Shown one piece after another: positions 18,448 to 28,329 of a stretch of DNA of 64,000 bases; the stretch's first letter is position 1; every line of letters begins with the position of its first letter. The stretch is from positions 5,333 to 69,332 of the forward strand of contig PTKV01000009.1 in the NCBI GenBank assembly GCA_002937895.1, in the 5' to 3' direction. The translations under genes and the position numbers were made by a program. The notes below the pieces were generated by a model. That model worked only from the letters and a program-made list of their open reading frames with translations. It did no database searches and had not been told where the DNA came from. This stretch comes from Alphaproteobacteria bacterium MarineAlpha5_Bin9. Lineage in GTDB: Bacteria; Pseudomonadota; Alphaproteobacteria; HIMB59; GCA-002718135.

Positions 18448-18878
18448 TGAAAAAAATAATTATAATTAATGGTCCTAACCTTAATCTATTAGGAATAAGA
18501 GAAACAAAGATTTACGGCAAATCAAGTTTAGAAGATATTAAAAAAATATCTATTAATAAATGTAATGATTTAAATTTAAACTTATCCTTTGTGCAAAGTA
18601 ATAGTGAAAGTGAAATAATTGATTATATACATAAAACTGAAAAAGATTTTGACGGATTAATTATTAATCCAGCTGCATATACTCATACTTCTTTGGCCTT
18701 ACTTGATGCATTAAAAGCTATTTCTAAGCCTAAAATTGAAATTCATATTTCAAATATATATAGTAGAGAAGAATATAGAAAAAAAAGCCTAACATCTTCA
18801 GGGGTAGACGGAATAATATGTGGATTTGGACCAAATAGTTATATTCTTGCTATTGAAGCAATTAAAAGATTAATATAA
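18447..18878 (+). CDS. aroQ: Type II 3-dehydroquinate dehydratase
   Basis: 143 aa. INGPNLNLLGIRE, INPAAYTHTS and HISNIYSRE motifs. Confidence 0.9.
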   Translation: MKKIIIINGPNLNLLGIRETKIYGKSSLEDIKKISINKCNDLNLNLSFVQSNSESEIIDYIHKTEKDFDGLIINPAAYTHTSLALLDALKAISKPKIEIHISNIYSREEYRKKSLTSSGVDGIICGFGPNSYILAIEAIKRLI

Positions 18879-18888
18879 ATAATCAAAT

Positions 18889-19338
18889 ATGAGTGATATA
18901 GATAAAAAAGATATAAAAAATATTGAACAATTGGAAAATATTTTAAATTCAAAAAAAATAAATAAAATAAAAATTAAAAAAGGTGAATACGAAATAGAAA
19001 TAACAAAAGAATCTAATGAAATTTTAAATACTGAAAATAAAACTATAAGTCAAAACATTAAGAAACCAAATAATTCAGAAAAAAATAAAGAGGAGTTCAA
19101 GAAAGAAAATATTGTCACTTCTCCAATGGTTGGAGTAGCTTACCTATCTCCAGATCCTGAAAAACCAGCATATGTAAAAGAAGGTCAACATGTAAAGCAA
19201 GGTGACACTCTTTTATTAATTGAAGCCATGAAAACTTTTAATGAAATAAAAGCTCCTAAATCTGGAGTAATAAAAAAAATAGTATGTTTAAATAGTCAAC
19301 CAGTTGAATTTGGTGAAACTTTATTAGTTTTTGAATAA
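18889..19338 (+). CDS. accB: Acetyl-CoA carboxylase biotin carboxyl carrier protein
   Basis: 149 aa. Biotinyl-lysine motif (EAMKTFNEI) in a C-terminal lipoyl-like domain. Directly precedes accC. Confidence 0.9.
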   Translation: MSDIDKKDIKNIEQLENILNSKKINKIKIKKGEYEIEITKESNEILNTENKTISQNIKKPNNSEKNKEEFKKENIVTSPMVGVAYLSPDPEKPAYVKEGQHVKQGDTLLLIEAMKTFNEIKAPKSGVIKKIVCLNSQPVEFGETLLVFE

Positions 19339-20666
19339 TGTTCAAAAAAATTCTAATTGCTAATAGAGGCGAAATAGCACTAAGAGTAATCAGGGCTTGT
19401 AGAGAATTAAATATAGATACCGTTTCAATCCATTCTGAAGCAGATGAACAAGCTATGCATGTAAAATTAGCAGATGAAAGTATTTGTGTTGGTCCATCAA
19501 ATGCTCAATTAAGCTATCTTAACATACCAGCAATTATTACAGCAGCCACAATAACCAATGTTGATGCCATTCATCCTGGTTATGGCTTTTTAAGTGAAAA
19601 TAAAAGGTTTGCGGAAATTGTTGAAGAACATGATTTCAAATTTATTGGACCAAAAGCTGTTCACATTGAAATGATGGGTGATAAAATTCAAGCAAAAAAA
19701 ATGATGATCAAAAATAATATCCCTATTATACCTGATGAATATAATCTTGATAATACTTCAAAAATAAATGATTTTATTAAAAAATATCATCTCCCTATAA
19801 TTATAAAGGCTGCAAATGGAGGTGGTGGAAAAGGAATGAGAATCATAACTAAAAATGAAGATATAGAAAAATCAATTTCTGCTGCAAAAGCGGAATCAAA
19901 AAAATCTTTTAACGATGATAAAGTTTATATTGAAAAATTACTAAATGATCCAAAACATATAGAAATCCAAATATTAGCAGATAGATTTGGAAATGTTTTA
20001 TCACTTGGTGAAAGAGATTGTTCAATTCAAAGAAATCATCAAAAACTAATTGAAGAATGTCCTAGTCCAATTTTATCAGATAAACAAAGAAAGGAAATTA
20101 GTGAATTATGTGTTCAAGTAGTTAAATCATTTAAATATGAAGGATTAGGAACTTTAGAATTTTTATTTGAAAATAATAAGTTTTATTTTATGGAAATGAA
20201 CACTAGACTTCAAGTAGAGCATCCAGTAACAGAAATGGTTACAGGAATTGATTTAGTTAAAGAACAAATAAGAGTTGCCTTTGGAGAAGAATTAAAAATG
20301 AAACAAAATGAAATAAAATTCAATGGACATGCAATAGAATGTAGAATAAATGCTGAACATCCTGAAACTTTTATTCCTTCTCCTGGAACTATTAGACAAT
20401 ATCATCAACCAGGAGGTCCCGGAATAAGAGTAGACTCTGCTATATATCAAGGTTACACAATATCGCCTCATTATGACAGCATGATCTCTAAAATCATATC
20501 CTATGGAAAAAATAGAGAAGAATCTTTAAGCAAAATTAAAAAAGCATTAGAGGAATATGTAATTATGGGAATAGACACAAATTTACAAATGCATCAAAAA
20601 ATTCTTAATCATTCGAGTTTTTTATCGGGAGAATATAATATTAATTTTATGTCTAATTTTAAATGA
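19338..20666 (+). CDS. accC: Acetyl-CoA carboxylase biotin carboxylase subunit
   Basis: 442 aa. KILIANRGEIALRVIRA N-terminus, ATP-grasp glycine loop (GGGGKGMR) and EMNTRLQVEHPVTE. Confidence 0.95.
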   Translation: MFKKILIANRGEIALRVIRACRELNIDTVSIHSEADEQAMHVKLADESICVGPSNAQLSYLNIPAIITAATITNVDAIHPGYGFLSENKRFAEIVEEHDFKFIGPKAVHIEMMGDKIQAKKMMIKNNIPIIPDEYNLDNTSKINDFIKKYHLPIIIKAANGGGGKGMRIITKNEDIEKSISAAKAESKKSFNDDKVYIEKLLNDPKHIEIQILADRFGNVLSLGERDCSIQRNHQKLIEECPSPILSDKQRKEISELCVQVVKSFKYEGLGTLEFLFENNKFYFMEMNTRLQVEHPVTEMVTGIDLVKEQIRVAFGEELKMKQNEIKFNGHAIECRINAEHPETFIPSPGTIRQYHQPGGPGIRVDSAIYQGYTISPHYDSMISKIISYGKNREESLSKIKKALEEYVIMGIDTNLQMHQKILNHSSFLSGEYNINFMSNFK

Positions 20667-21315
20667 TTTCTATAATTGAAAAAGGATATCTATTAAAAAT
20701 GTATAAAAATGGATATTTTCCAATGGCAAAAAACAAAAATGATTTGAATGTCAATTTTTATAAGCCTCATAAAAGATTTTTAATACCAATTAAAGAATTT
20801 CACATTCCTAAAAAATTATTTAAAGAATATAAAAAAAAAAATTTAAATTTAGTATAAATAAAAACTTTACAAGCATAATTAATAACTGCTCTAATTCTTT
20901 ACGTAAAGAAAAAGATACTTGGATCAATAATACTATAATAAATACTTTTATTGAAATGCATAAAAATGGATATGCTCATTCTGTTGAATGTTGGAAAAAT
21001 TCAAAATTAGTTGGAGGTCTTTATGGTCTTCAAATAGGTGCTTGTTTTTTTGGAGAAAGCATGTTTAGTAATGTTAAAAATGCTAGCAAATTATCTCTTG
21101 TTCATCTTATTGCATTATTAAACAAAAACAAATTTCAAATTTTAGATTCCCAATTTTATAATTCTCATTTATTACAATTTGGAGCATTTGAAATTTTCAA
21201 TGATGAATATCAAAATTTATTAAAAAAAAATGTTAATAAAAACCACATTTTTGATAAAAAAATAAATTATTCTGAATCAATTAATATATTACAATCTTTG
21301 ATCCAAATATCATAA
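20663..21315 (+). pseudogene. aat: Leucyl/phenylalanyl-tRNA--protein transferase, reading frame broken at an A11 tract
   Basis: The N-terminal part (20663-20857) and the C-terminal part (frame open from 20833 to 21315, with GYAHSVECW, LVGGLYG and FFGESMFS) are both Aat-like. They join seamlessly if the A-run at 20831-20841 is 12 (or 9) nt long. Confidence 0.8.
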
Positions 21316-21647
21316 GTTGGATGCTCAAAAGGAGAAAGAGATGGGCTTGAGGAAAGCATCCATCCTTGAAAAATTTGCTTATGATTATCATTTTTTAATT
21401 TTTCCTTAATTGAAAGCAATACATAATTTTCAGGTATCTCTTCAGGAGGTTTTTTTTTACAATCAAATATCTCAATTTCTAATGAATCAAAATAATATTT
21501 TTCACCAACAAGTATATTAAGATTTGTTATACGAGCTGTTACTTTATCTAAAATTTGTAAATCTACTGAACTACCATCTAGATAATTAGCATACAGAGGC
21601 AGATAAGAAAAAAAAAGAAGAAAAATAATATATTTTAAGGAATCCAT
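21267..21647 (-). CDS. DUF2155-like secreted protein (conserved partner of NDUFA12-like genes in alphaproteobacteria)
   Basis: 126 aa with a signal peptide. The LDKVTARI...FDSLEIEIFDCKKKPPEE pattern matches my recollection of the DUF2155 family. Overlaps the upstream NDUFA12-like gene. Confidence 0.65.
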   Translation of the reverse strand: MDSLKYIIFLLFFSYLPLYANYLDGSSVDLQILDKVTARITNLNILVGEKYYFDSLEIEIFDCKKKPPEEIPENYVLLSIKEKLKNDNHKQIFQGWMLSSSPSLSPFEHPTYDIWIKDCNILIDSE

Positions 21648-21985
21648 CGCTCATATTCTTTATCTATTTTTGCTTTTTTTGAGTTTGATCTTGGATGAGA
21701 ATCTGGAAAAATTGCTTTATTGGTTCCAGTCATATTAGGCAGGTGTTCCTTTTGCCAATTATATTTATGCGTATAATCGATTGGTGGTTCATTAATAGTT
21801 TTATGGAGCCAAGCATGCCAATGAGGCGGAACTTTCGAAGCTTCTATTTCTCCTTTATAAATAACCCATCTTTTTGCAACTTCTGAACAAAAATCTTTAG
21901 AGTTACAATAGTATTTATTACCAAAGGAGTCCTTGCCTACAAATCTACCACAAAAAAAAGTATATAAAAATGTTTCAAAACTCAT
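21635..21985 (-). CDS. NADH:ubiquinone oxidoreductase subunit NDUFA12-family protein
   Basis: 116 aa. Diagnostic RWVIYKGEIEASKVPPHWHAWLH segment. Confidence 0.8.
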   Translation of the reverse strand: MSFETFLYTFFCGRFVGKDSFGNKYYCNSKDFCSEVAKRWVIYKGEIEASKVPPHWHAWLHKTINEPPIDYTHKYNWQKEHLPNMTGTNKAIFPDSHPRSNSKKAKIDKEYERWIP

Positions 21986-22007
21986 AATTAATTTAAGTTA
22001 TAATCAA

Positions 22008-23045
22008 TTAATTTAATATTTGCCATTTTAAATATTTATCTGAATAAAAGTTTTTAATCTTTATATCTTTATATGTTGTAAATTCTTCTAATTTCCATTC
22101 TTTTTTAATTAATGTAATCTTGTCTTTATTATGAGTCATTCCATAAAATTTTGGTCCATTTAATGAAGAAAATCTCTCTAAATTTTGTAATGAATTTTCT
22201 TCATCAAAAATTTGAGCATATAACTCTAAAGAGCATGGAGCTGAAAAAATCCCAGGTTTAAGATTGCCATCATTTTGCTTGTAAATAATTTGGTGAGGTG
22301 CTGAGTCAGTTCCTATAAAGAAACTTTCATTACCAGAACACGCATACTCTCTTAAGCTTCTTAAATCTTTTTGTTCTTTAACTACTGGCATACAATAATT
22401 ATGACAATTAATTTCATCATTAAAAACATCTTTTTTAGTTAGTATCATATGATGAGGTGTAATTGTTGCAGCTAGATTTTTTGTTTGATTAACAAAATCT
22501 GCTCCATACTTTGTAGAAACATGTTCTAAAACAATTTTTAAATTTGGGAAAAAACTAATTATTTTTTTTAATTCATCATCTATAAAATATTTTTCTCTAT
22601 CAAATATATTAATATTTTTTCCTATTTTTTCCCCATGAATTAATAAAGGCTTATTATAAGTTGACAAAACTTCTAATGAGGGAAAAATCTTGTCAATAGC
22701 CGTGACACCTTTTTTTGAATTAGTAGTAGCATTAACAGGATACAATTTGGCGCCAAAAAAAATATTGTTTTTTATGCCATTTTTAAAATCATTAATATCT
22801 ATATTATCTGTCAGATAGCAGGGTATTAATGGTTCAAAATAACTTACTTTAACTTTTTTTAAAATATTATTTTTATAATCTAAACAGTTTTTTGTTGTAG
22901 TAATTGGATTTTCCAAGTTTGGCATTGCAATGCATCTTCCATTAAAGCGTGCTGTGCTATTAATTACAGCATTAAGCAATTCACCTTCTCTTAAATGAAC
23001 ATGCCAATCATCTGGTCTATAAATAGTTAAATTTATATTTTTCAT
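22008..23045 (-). CDS. pyrC: Dihydroorotase (homodimeric type)
   Basis: 345 aa. Metal-ligand motif DDWHVHLR near the N-terminus, later HGE and GTDSAPH motifs. Confidence 0.85.
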   Translation of the reverse strand: MKNINLTIYRPDDWHVHLREGELLNAVINSTARFNGRCIAMPNLENPITTTKNCLDYKNNILKKVKVSYFEPLIPCYLTDNIDINDFKNGIKNNIFFGAKLYPVNATTNSKKGVTAIDKIFPSLEVLSTYNKPLLIHGEKIGKNINIFDREKYFIDDELKKIISFFPNLKIVLEHVSTKYGADFVNQTKNLAATITPHHMILTKKDVFNDEINCHNYCMPVVKEQKDLRSLREYACSGNESFFIGTDSAPHQIIYKQNDGNLKPGIFSAPCSLELYAQIFDEENSLQNLERFSSLNGPKFYGMTHNKDKITLIKKEWKLEEFTTYKDIKIKNFYSDKYLKWQILN

Positions 23046-23968
23046 AGCAATTTATTAATTTCAATAAAGTTTAAAACTTTTTTTACTGTAATTGAATCCA
23101 TATAACTTAAGTTTTTATCTATTTTTACTTTTTTAAAATCTTCATAGTTTTTAGTAGTTCTTATAGTATATCCTTTTTTACCATAAGGCCTATAAAGACT
23201 ATCATTTGTTGGTCCAAATAAACCTATAGTATTTATTCCTGAAGCAACAGCTAAATGCATTAGTCCAGAATCATTACCAATAAATAAATTACATTTTTTA
23301 TAAAATGAATGAGTCTGAGTAATATTTTCGCCCATAATATCTATGATTCTATCATTATTAATATTTTTTAATATATCTTCTTTATACTTTAATCTTTCAT
23401 TATAAGATCCTGATAAAACTAAAAATAAGTTTGGATTTTTTTTCAATAACTCATTTGATAGCTGATTAAAGTTATAAGCAGGCCAAATCTTAGGACCCCA
23501 ATTTCCACCTGGTGCAATTACTAAATATTGCTTATCTTTTTGAAACATTGCTTTAGATTTAGATTCCTCATCATTACTATTGTAAATTTTTGGATGAGGA
23601 GTTTCAGGCAAATTAAAATAATTATGTAATTGATTTATCTTATGTTCATTGTTGGTATGTTTAAATATTATATGCTTATTTTTAAATAAAAAATAACTAA
23701 TGAGTGAAGATCTCAAATCAATAACAATATCCCACTTAATTTTAATACATATCTTCCAAAGAAAATACCAATGATAAGAAAATCTTCTTTTTTTTATTAT
23801 AATTATATTTTCGATATTTGGAAAATTTTTATATACTTGAGCAGAGGTTGGTCCACTTACTATAGTGATTTTTGATTCAGAATTGTTTTTTATAAGTTGA
23901 TTAATCAAACCAGTTGAAAGTATACAATCGCCAATTAAATTTGATGAAATTACTAGTATTTTTTTCAC
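23042..23968 (-). CDS. Glycosyltransferase family 9 protein (LPS heptosyltransferase-like)
   Basis: 308 aa. GNDSGLMHLAVASG motif typical of the RfaC/RfaF family. 4-nt overlap with pyrC. Confidence 0.75.
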   Translation of the reverse strand: MKKILVISSNLIGDCILSTGLINQLIKNNSESKITIVSGPTSAQVYKNFPNIENIIIIKKRRFSYHWYFLWKICIKIKWDIVIDLRSSLISYFLFKNKHIIFKHTNNEHKINQLHNYFNLPETPHPKIYNSNDEESKSKAMFQKDKQYLVIAPGGNWGPKIWPAYNFNQLSNELLKKNPNLFLVLSGSYNERLKYKEDILKNINNDRIIDIMGENITQTHSFYKKCNLFIGNDSGLMHLAVASGINTIGLFGPTNDSLYRPYGKKGYTIRTTKNYEDFKKVKIDKNLSYMDSITVKKVLNFIEINKLL

Positions 23969-24014
23969 TTTTAAAGGATAGTTCTAAATTATATAATTAT
24001 ATATAAATTAATTT

Positions 24015-24878
24015 ATGTTAACTGGTAAGTATATAATTTTAAATGATATCAAATTTTTATTTATAAAAGGTGTAGATAAATATGAATTTATGCAGAGTAT
24101 TATTACTAATGATATAAATAAAACAAATAATAAGGTCATTTATTCGTGCCTATTGAGCCCACAAGGAAAATTTTTATCTGATTTTTTTATATCACTAAAT
24201 AATGAAGGTTTTATAATAGAAATTAATGAAATATACTTAAAAGATTTTATCAAGAAACTAGACCTCTATAAATTACGGTCAAAAGTTGAAATCATTAATA
24301 ATAATGATTTTAAACTTTTAATTATTTTAAATTCATCAATTAATCCTAATTTAGAAGAAGGAGACTTCATAGATAGTAATAAAACTATTCATTATGTTGA
24401 TCCCAGAAATAAAAAACTTGGAACTAGATTAATTATCAAAAAAAATGATATTGAAAAATATATTGAAAAACAGAACTTAATAAAAACAGATGAAAATATA
24501 TATTTGCAATTGATGATTGAAAATAAAATACCAAATTCAATTTATGACTTAGAAATCAATAAATCCCTTTTATTAGAAAATAATTTTGAAAATATTAATG
24601 CTATTGATTGGAATAAAGGTTGCTATATTGGGCAAGAAATAACTGCAAGAATGAAATATAGGGCCTTGATTAAAAAATCACTAACTACTTTCGATTTAAC
24701 CTCAGGTAAAATAAATAAAGGTGATAATATCTTTCACAATGAAAAAAATGTAGGGATAGTTAAATCAGTAGTTAATTCAAAAGGTTTGGCACTAATAAGA
24801 AAAGATAGTTTAGAATTTTCAAAAAATCAAAATATATATCTAAACACTAAAAATGGTCAAATTAAAATTATAAATTAA
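24015..24878 (+). CDS. ygfZ: YgfZ-type folate-binding protein (Fe-S cluster repair / tRNA-modification associated)
   Basis: 287 aa. Signature KGCYIGQE (NKGCYIGQEITARMKYR). Confidence 0.8.
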   Translation: MLTGKYIILNDIKFLFIKGVDKYEFMQSIITNDINKTNNKVIYSCLLSPQGKFLSDFFISLNNEGFIIEINEIYLKDFIKKLDLYKLRSKVEIINNNDFKLLIILNSSINPNLEEGDFIDSNKTIHYVDPRNKKLGTRLIIKKNDIEKYIEKQNLIKTDENIYLQLMIENKIPNSIYDLEINKSLLLENNFENINAIDWNKGCYIGQEITARMKYRALIKKSLTTFDLTSGKINKGDNIFHNEKNVGIVKSVVNSKGLALIRKDSLEFSKNQNIYLNTKNGQIKIIN

Positions 24879-24888
24879 TTAAAAATTT

Positions 24889-26247
24889 TTAAATAAAGTA
24901 TTTTGTGTAATATTTTTTTAGTTCTTCTGGATTTAGTCTTTGTTGCTTCATTGTGTCTCTATCTCTTACAGTAACAGTTTTATTTTCAAGAGTCTCAAAG
25001 TCTACTGTTATACAAATTGGAGTTCCTATCTCATCATGTCTTCTATAGCTTTTTCCAATATTTCCTGAATTTTCTAAAGCAACTCTCCCCAATCCAATTT
25101 TTTGTAAAGATTTTTTTATATTTTTTGCATAATTTACTAATTCTAAATTATTTCTTTTTAAAGGAATAACAGCACATTTAATTGGTGATAAATGAGGTTT
25201 TAAACTTAAAACAATTCTTGAATTATTATTATCTATTTTTTCTTCTTTATAAGCCTCATTCAAAATTGCTAACACGCCTCTATCAACCCCAGCAGATGGT
25301 TCTATAACATAAGGTATAAACCAACTTTTCTTTTCTAAATTTTGTACAGCTAGCTTTGTAGTTGATTTTGTATTTTTATTTATATTAGCACAAATAGAAA
25401 AATCTTTTTGATTTTTTGTATGAGAGCCCAAATCAAAATCAGATCTGTTTGCAATACCCTCCAGTTCTTCTTTTCCATGAGGAAAAGAATAAATTATATC
25501 TACAGTCCTCTTTGAATAATGCGAGAGGCTATCTTTTTCTACCTCTAATAGCTCTAGTCTCTCTTTGCTTATTCCTTGCTCTATCCACCATTGATATCTT
25601 GAGTCAATCCAATATTTATGCCACTCAGCATCTTTTCCAGGCTCAACAAAAAATTCTAATTCCATTTGCTCAAATTCTCTTACTCTAAATATAAAATTTC
25701 TTGGCGTAATTTCATTCCTAAATGCCTTTCCTATTTGAGCTATTCCAAAAGGCAAAGATCTATTTGTCGAATCTAAAACGTTTTTAAAATTTATGAAGAT
25801 TTGTTGAGCTGTTTCAGGCCTTAGATATACAAAACTACTACCATCATCTACTGGCCCTATAGAAGTTTTAAACATTAGATTAAAAGGCCTAGGATTAGTT
25901 AATTCTTTAGAATTACAATTTGGGCAAGTATTATTAATTAATTGATCTTCTCTCCACCTATTTTTGCAATTTTTACAATCAACTAAAGGATCTGAAAAAG
26001 TATCTTCGTGACCAGAAAATTTAAGAACTTCAGGAGAGGTAAGAATATTTGCATCAATTCCTTCAATGTCATCTCTTTCATATATCATAGATTTCCACCA
26101 AGTTTGTTTGAGGTTATTCTTCAATTCAATTCCCATAGGGCCATAATCATATAATCCCTTGACTCCTCCATAAATATCATTTGATTGAAAAATAAAGCCT
26201 CTTCTTTTGCAAAGAGATACTAATTCTTCCAATGTTTTAGATGGCAT
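24889..26247 (-). CDS. glyQS: Glycine--tRNA ligase (single-chain dimeric type)
   Basis: 452 aa. Class II aaRS motifs ([30 protein letters not shown]). C-terminal anticodon-binding domain. Confidence 0.9.
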   Translation of the reverse strand: MPSKTLEELVSLCKRRGFIFQSNDIYGGVKGLYDYGPMGIELKNNLKQTWWKSMIYERDDIEGIDANILTSPEVLKFSGHEDTFSDPLVDCKNCKNRWREDQLINNTCPNCNSKELTNPRPFNLMFKTSIGPVDDGSSFVYLRPETAQQIFINFKNVLDSTNRSLPFGIAQIGKAFRNEITPRNFIFRVREFEQMELEFFVEPGKDAEWHKYWIDSRYQWWIEQGISKERLELLEVEKDSLSHYSKRTVDIIYSFPHGKEELEGIANRSDFDLGSHTKNQKDFSICANINKNTKSTTKLAVQNLEKKSWFIPYVIEPSAGVDRGVLAILNEAYKEEKIDNNNSRIVLSLKPHLSPIKCAVIPLKRNNLELVNYAKNIKKSLQKIGLGRVALENSGNIGKSYRRHDEIGTPICITVDFETLENKTVTVRDRDTMKQQRLNPEELKKYYTKYFI

Positions 26248-26250
26248 TAA

Positions 26251-26400
26251 CTACTCTTTAGGTTTGTATTCATCAGTTTTCGGATCTTTTTCTAGGTCTA
26301 CAATTTTTACATCTTCTTTTTTGTTAGCTTTATTTTTTTTTAAAAATTTAAAAAAATACATCACAAAAAATATTATTAATAATAATATTGCCCACTTCAT
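26251..26400 (-). CDS. Candidate 49-aa single-TM protein (not in the ORF track)
   Basis: MKWAILLLIIFFVMYFFKFLKKNKANKKEDVKIVDLEKDPKTDEYKPKE. The ATG abuts the sppA stop (TAA-ATG) and the stop is 3 nt before the glyQS ATG, so the ORF fills the whole gap exactly. Confidence 0.45.
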   Translation of the reverse strand: MKWAILLLIIFFVMYFFKFLKKNKANKKEDVKIVDLEKDPKTDEYKPKE

Positions 26401-27240
26401 TTATAAACCAAATCTAGACCAATATGCTTGTTCTTCAAAATAATCAATAATAGAATTCTTATCTAGCAATGAATATTTTATATTAGAAGAAAATCTTTTT
26501 TGAAAAAAAGATTTTTTTTGCTCAATAAGTTTAATTTTAATTTTATCCCCAAATTTTTTTCTAAGAATTGTTTTATAATCACCTATACCATCTGCTAATC
26601 CTAGACTAATAGCTTTCTCACCAATCCAAAACATGCCACTAAAAATTTTACCATAATTAGATTTATTAATTTTAGATCTTCTTCTAGATTGAACATAATC
26701 AATAAAATTATTATGAATTTGATTCTGAATGTCCTTAAGCCTCTTAATGTCTTCTTGCTTTGCTTGTTTGAATGGATCTAGAAAACTTTTACTTTTTCCA
26801 GATGTATAAACCCTTCTTTCTATTCCAATTTTTTTAAGAAGACCAACAAATCCAAAACTTGGAGAAATAACTCCTATTGAACCAACTATAGAATTTTTAT
26901 CAATATATATTTCATCCGCACTACATGCCAACCAATATCCTCCTGAAGCTGCGACGTCTTCCACAAAAGCTATAACTTTCTTTTTGTGTTTTTGAGCTTT
27001 ATTTATTATTTCATTTGCAATTAAGGATGATTGTGTAGGAGAGCCCCCTGGTGAATTAATTACAATAGCCACTGCAGGACTCTTTTTATCAGAAAAAAGT
27101 TTTTCAATTAATTTTTCAGAGCCTTGATGACTAAGACCTCCTCTAATACCTGAAGATTGACTAATAACGCCTGATAACCTCAATATTGGAATAGTTGTTT
27201 TTTTATTAAATAAAAAATTAATCATATCTTCTAATATCAA
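26401..27240 (-). CDS. sppA: Signal peptide peptidase SppA, 36K type (S49 family)
   Basis: 279 aa. INSPGGS and AASGGYWLA motifs. Confidence 0.85.
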   Translation of the reverse strand: MILEDMINFLFNKKTTIPILRLSGVISQSSGIRGGLSHQGSEKLIEKLFSDKKSPAVAIVINSPGGSPTQSSLIANEIINKAQKHKKKVIAFVEDVAASGGYWLACSADEIYIDKNSIVGSIGVISPSFGFVGLLKKIGIERRVYTSGKSKSFLDPFKQAKQEDIKRLKDIQNQIHNNFIDYVQSRRRSKINKSNYGKIFSGMFWIGEKAISLGLADGIGDYKTILRKKFGDKIKIKLIEQKKSFFQKRFSSNIKYSLLDKNSIIDYFEEQAYWSRFGL

Positions 27241-27299
27241 AAGTTCTTATGACTAGAAAGCTTTTAGTAACTGATTATATATAGTATAGTAAAATATTA

Positions 27300-28328
27300 A
27301 TGGCTAAAGTAATAAAACTAAAAAATACAGATAACTCCTTTGAAGACTGCATAAATGACCTTTTGAATATTTGTAAAAATGACTTAATTTCCATTAACGC
27401 AACAATTTTAGAAAAAATTGAAAGTGATATCCCATTAATCAAAAAAATATCTTCTCATATCGTTAATTCTGGAGGGAAGCGCTTAAGGCCTCTTTTAACT
27501 TCTTGTGCTTATCAAATGTGTAAAAAACCTAATGATGAGAATAATCGACATATTGGTTTAGGAGCTGCTGTAGAATTTATACATGCAGCAACTCTTCTTC
27601 ATGATGATGTTATTGATGCAAGCAAAAAAAGAAGAGGAAAGCTTTCAGCAAATGAAATTTGGGGAAATAAAATGAGTGTTTTAATTGGAGATTTTTTATT
27701 TAGTAGATCTTTTCAGCTAATGTCAAAGGATGGTTCAAAAGAAATCCTTCAATTACTCTCTAATACAAGTGTTCAAATATCTGAAGGAGAAGTTTTAGAA
27801 TTAAATAATGACAAAGATCTTACAATTAATGAAAATATTTACTTTGATGTGATTAAAAATAAAACAGCTTCACTATTTAGTGCGTCTTGTCAAGTAGGAG
27901 GCATGGTTACTGAAGCTACAAATGAAAAAATTGAAGCATTGAAAACTTATGGATTAAATTTTGGTATGTGTTTTCAATTAATTGATGACGCAATTGATTA
28001 TTCATCTAGCAGTTATAATTTAGGAAAAAATATAGGAGATGATTTTAAAGAAGGCAAAATTACTCTGCCTATTATTTTGGCATACTTAAGATCAAATTCC
28101 GAAGAAAAAAATTTTTGGAAAAAAACAATACAAGATTTAAATCAAGATGAAAATGATTTTGAAAAAGCATTAGATATAATAAAAAAATATGACTGTATTT
28201 ATGATACAATAAAAAGATCAAAACATTTTGCAAATATTGCGATAGATAGTCTTGGTGCTTTTAAAAATAATATATTTAAAGATTTATTAATTAAATTAAT
28301 TAATTCAAGTATTTCAAGATTAAGATAA
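27300..28328 (+). CDS. ispB: Polyprenyl diphosphate synthase (octaprenyl-diphosphate synthase-like)
   Basis: 342 aa. First and second Asp-rich motifs (LLHDDVIDAS, QLIDDAIDY). Confidence 0.85.
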   Translation: MAKVIKLKNTDNSFEDCINDLLNICKNDLISINATILEKIESDIPLIKKISSHIVNSGGKRLRPLLTSCAYQMCKKPNDENNRHIGLGAAVEFIHAATLLHDDVIDASKKRRGKLSANEIWGNKMSVLIGDFLFSRSFQLMSKDGSKEILQLLSNTSVQISEGEVLELNNDKDLTINENIYFDVIKNKTASLFSASCQVGGMVTEATNEKIEALKTYGLNFGMCFQLIDDAIDYSSSSYNLGKNIGDDFKEGKITLPIILAYLRSNSEEKNFWKKTIQDLNQDENDFEKALDIIKKYDCIYDTIKRSKHFANIAIDSLGAFKNNIFKDLLIKLINSSISRLR

Positions 28329-28329
28329 A

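Noticed and set aside
20663-21315. Treating 20663-20857 and 20956-21315 as two independent small genes.
   Set aside because: Both halves and the 98-nt stretch between them translate into one continuous Aat-like sequence once the A11 tract is allowed to change frame.
24879-24888. AT-only palindrome (TTAAAAATTTTTAA) between convergent ygfZ and glyQS, considered as a terminator.
   Set aside because: The stem is purely A-T with negligible predicted stability, so it is not a credible intrinsic terminator.
26207-26443. 78-aa plus-strand ORF spanning the glyQS start, the spacer and the sppA end.
   Set aside because: It overlaps two well-supported genes antisense. The minus-strand 49-aa ORF fits the gap exactly and is more plausible.
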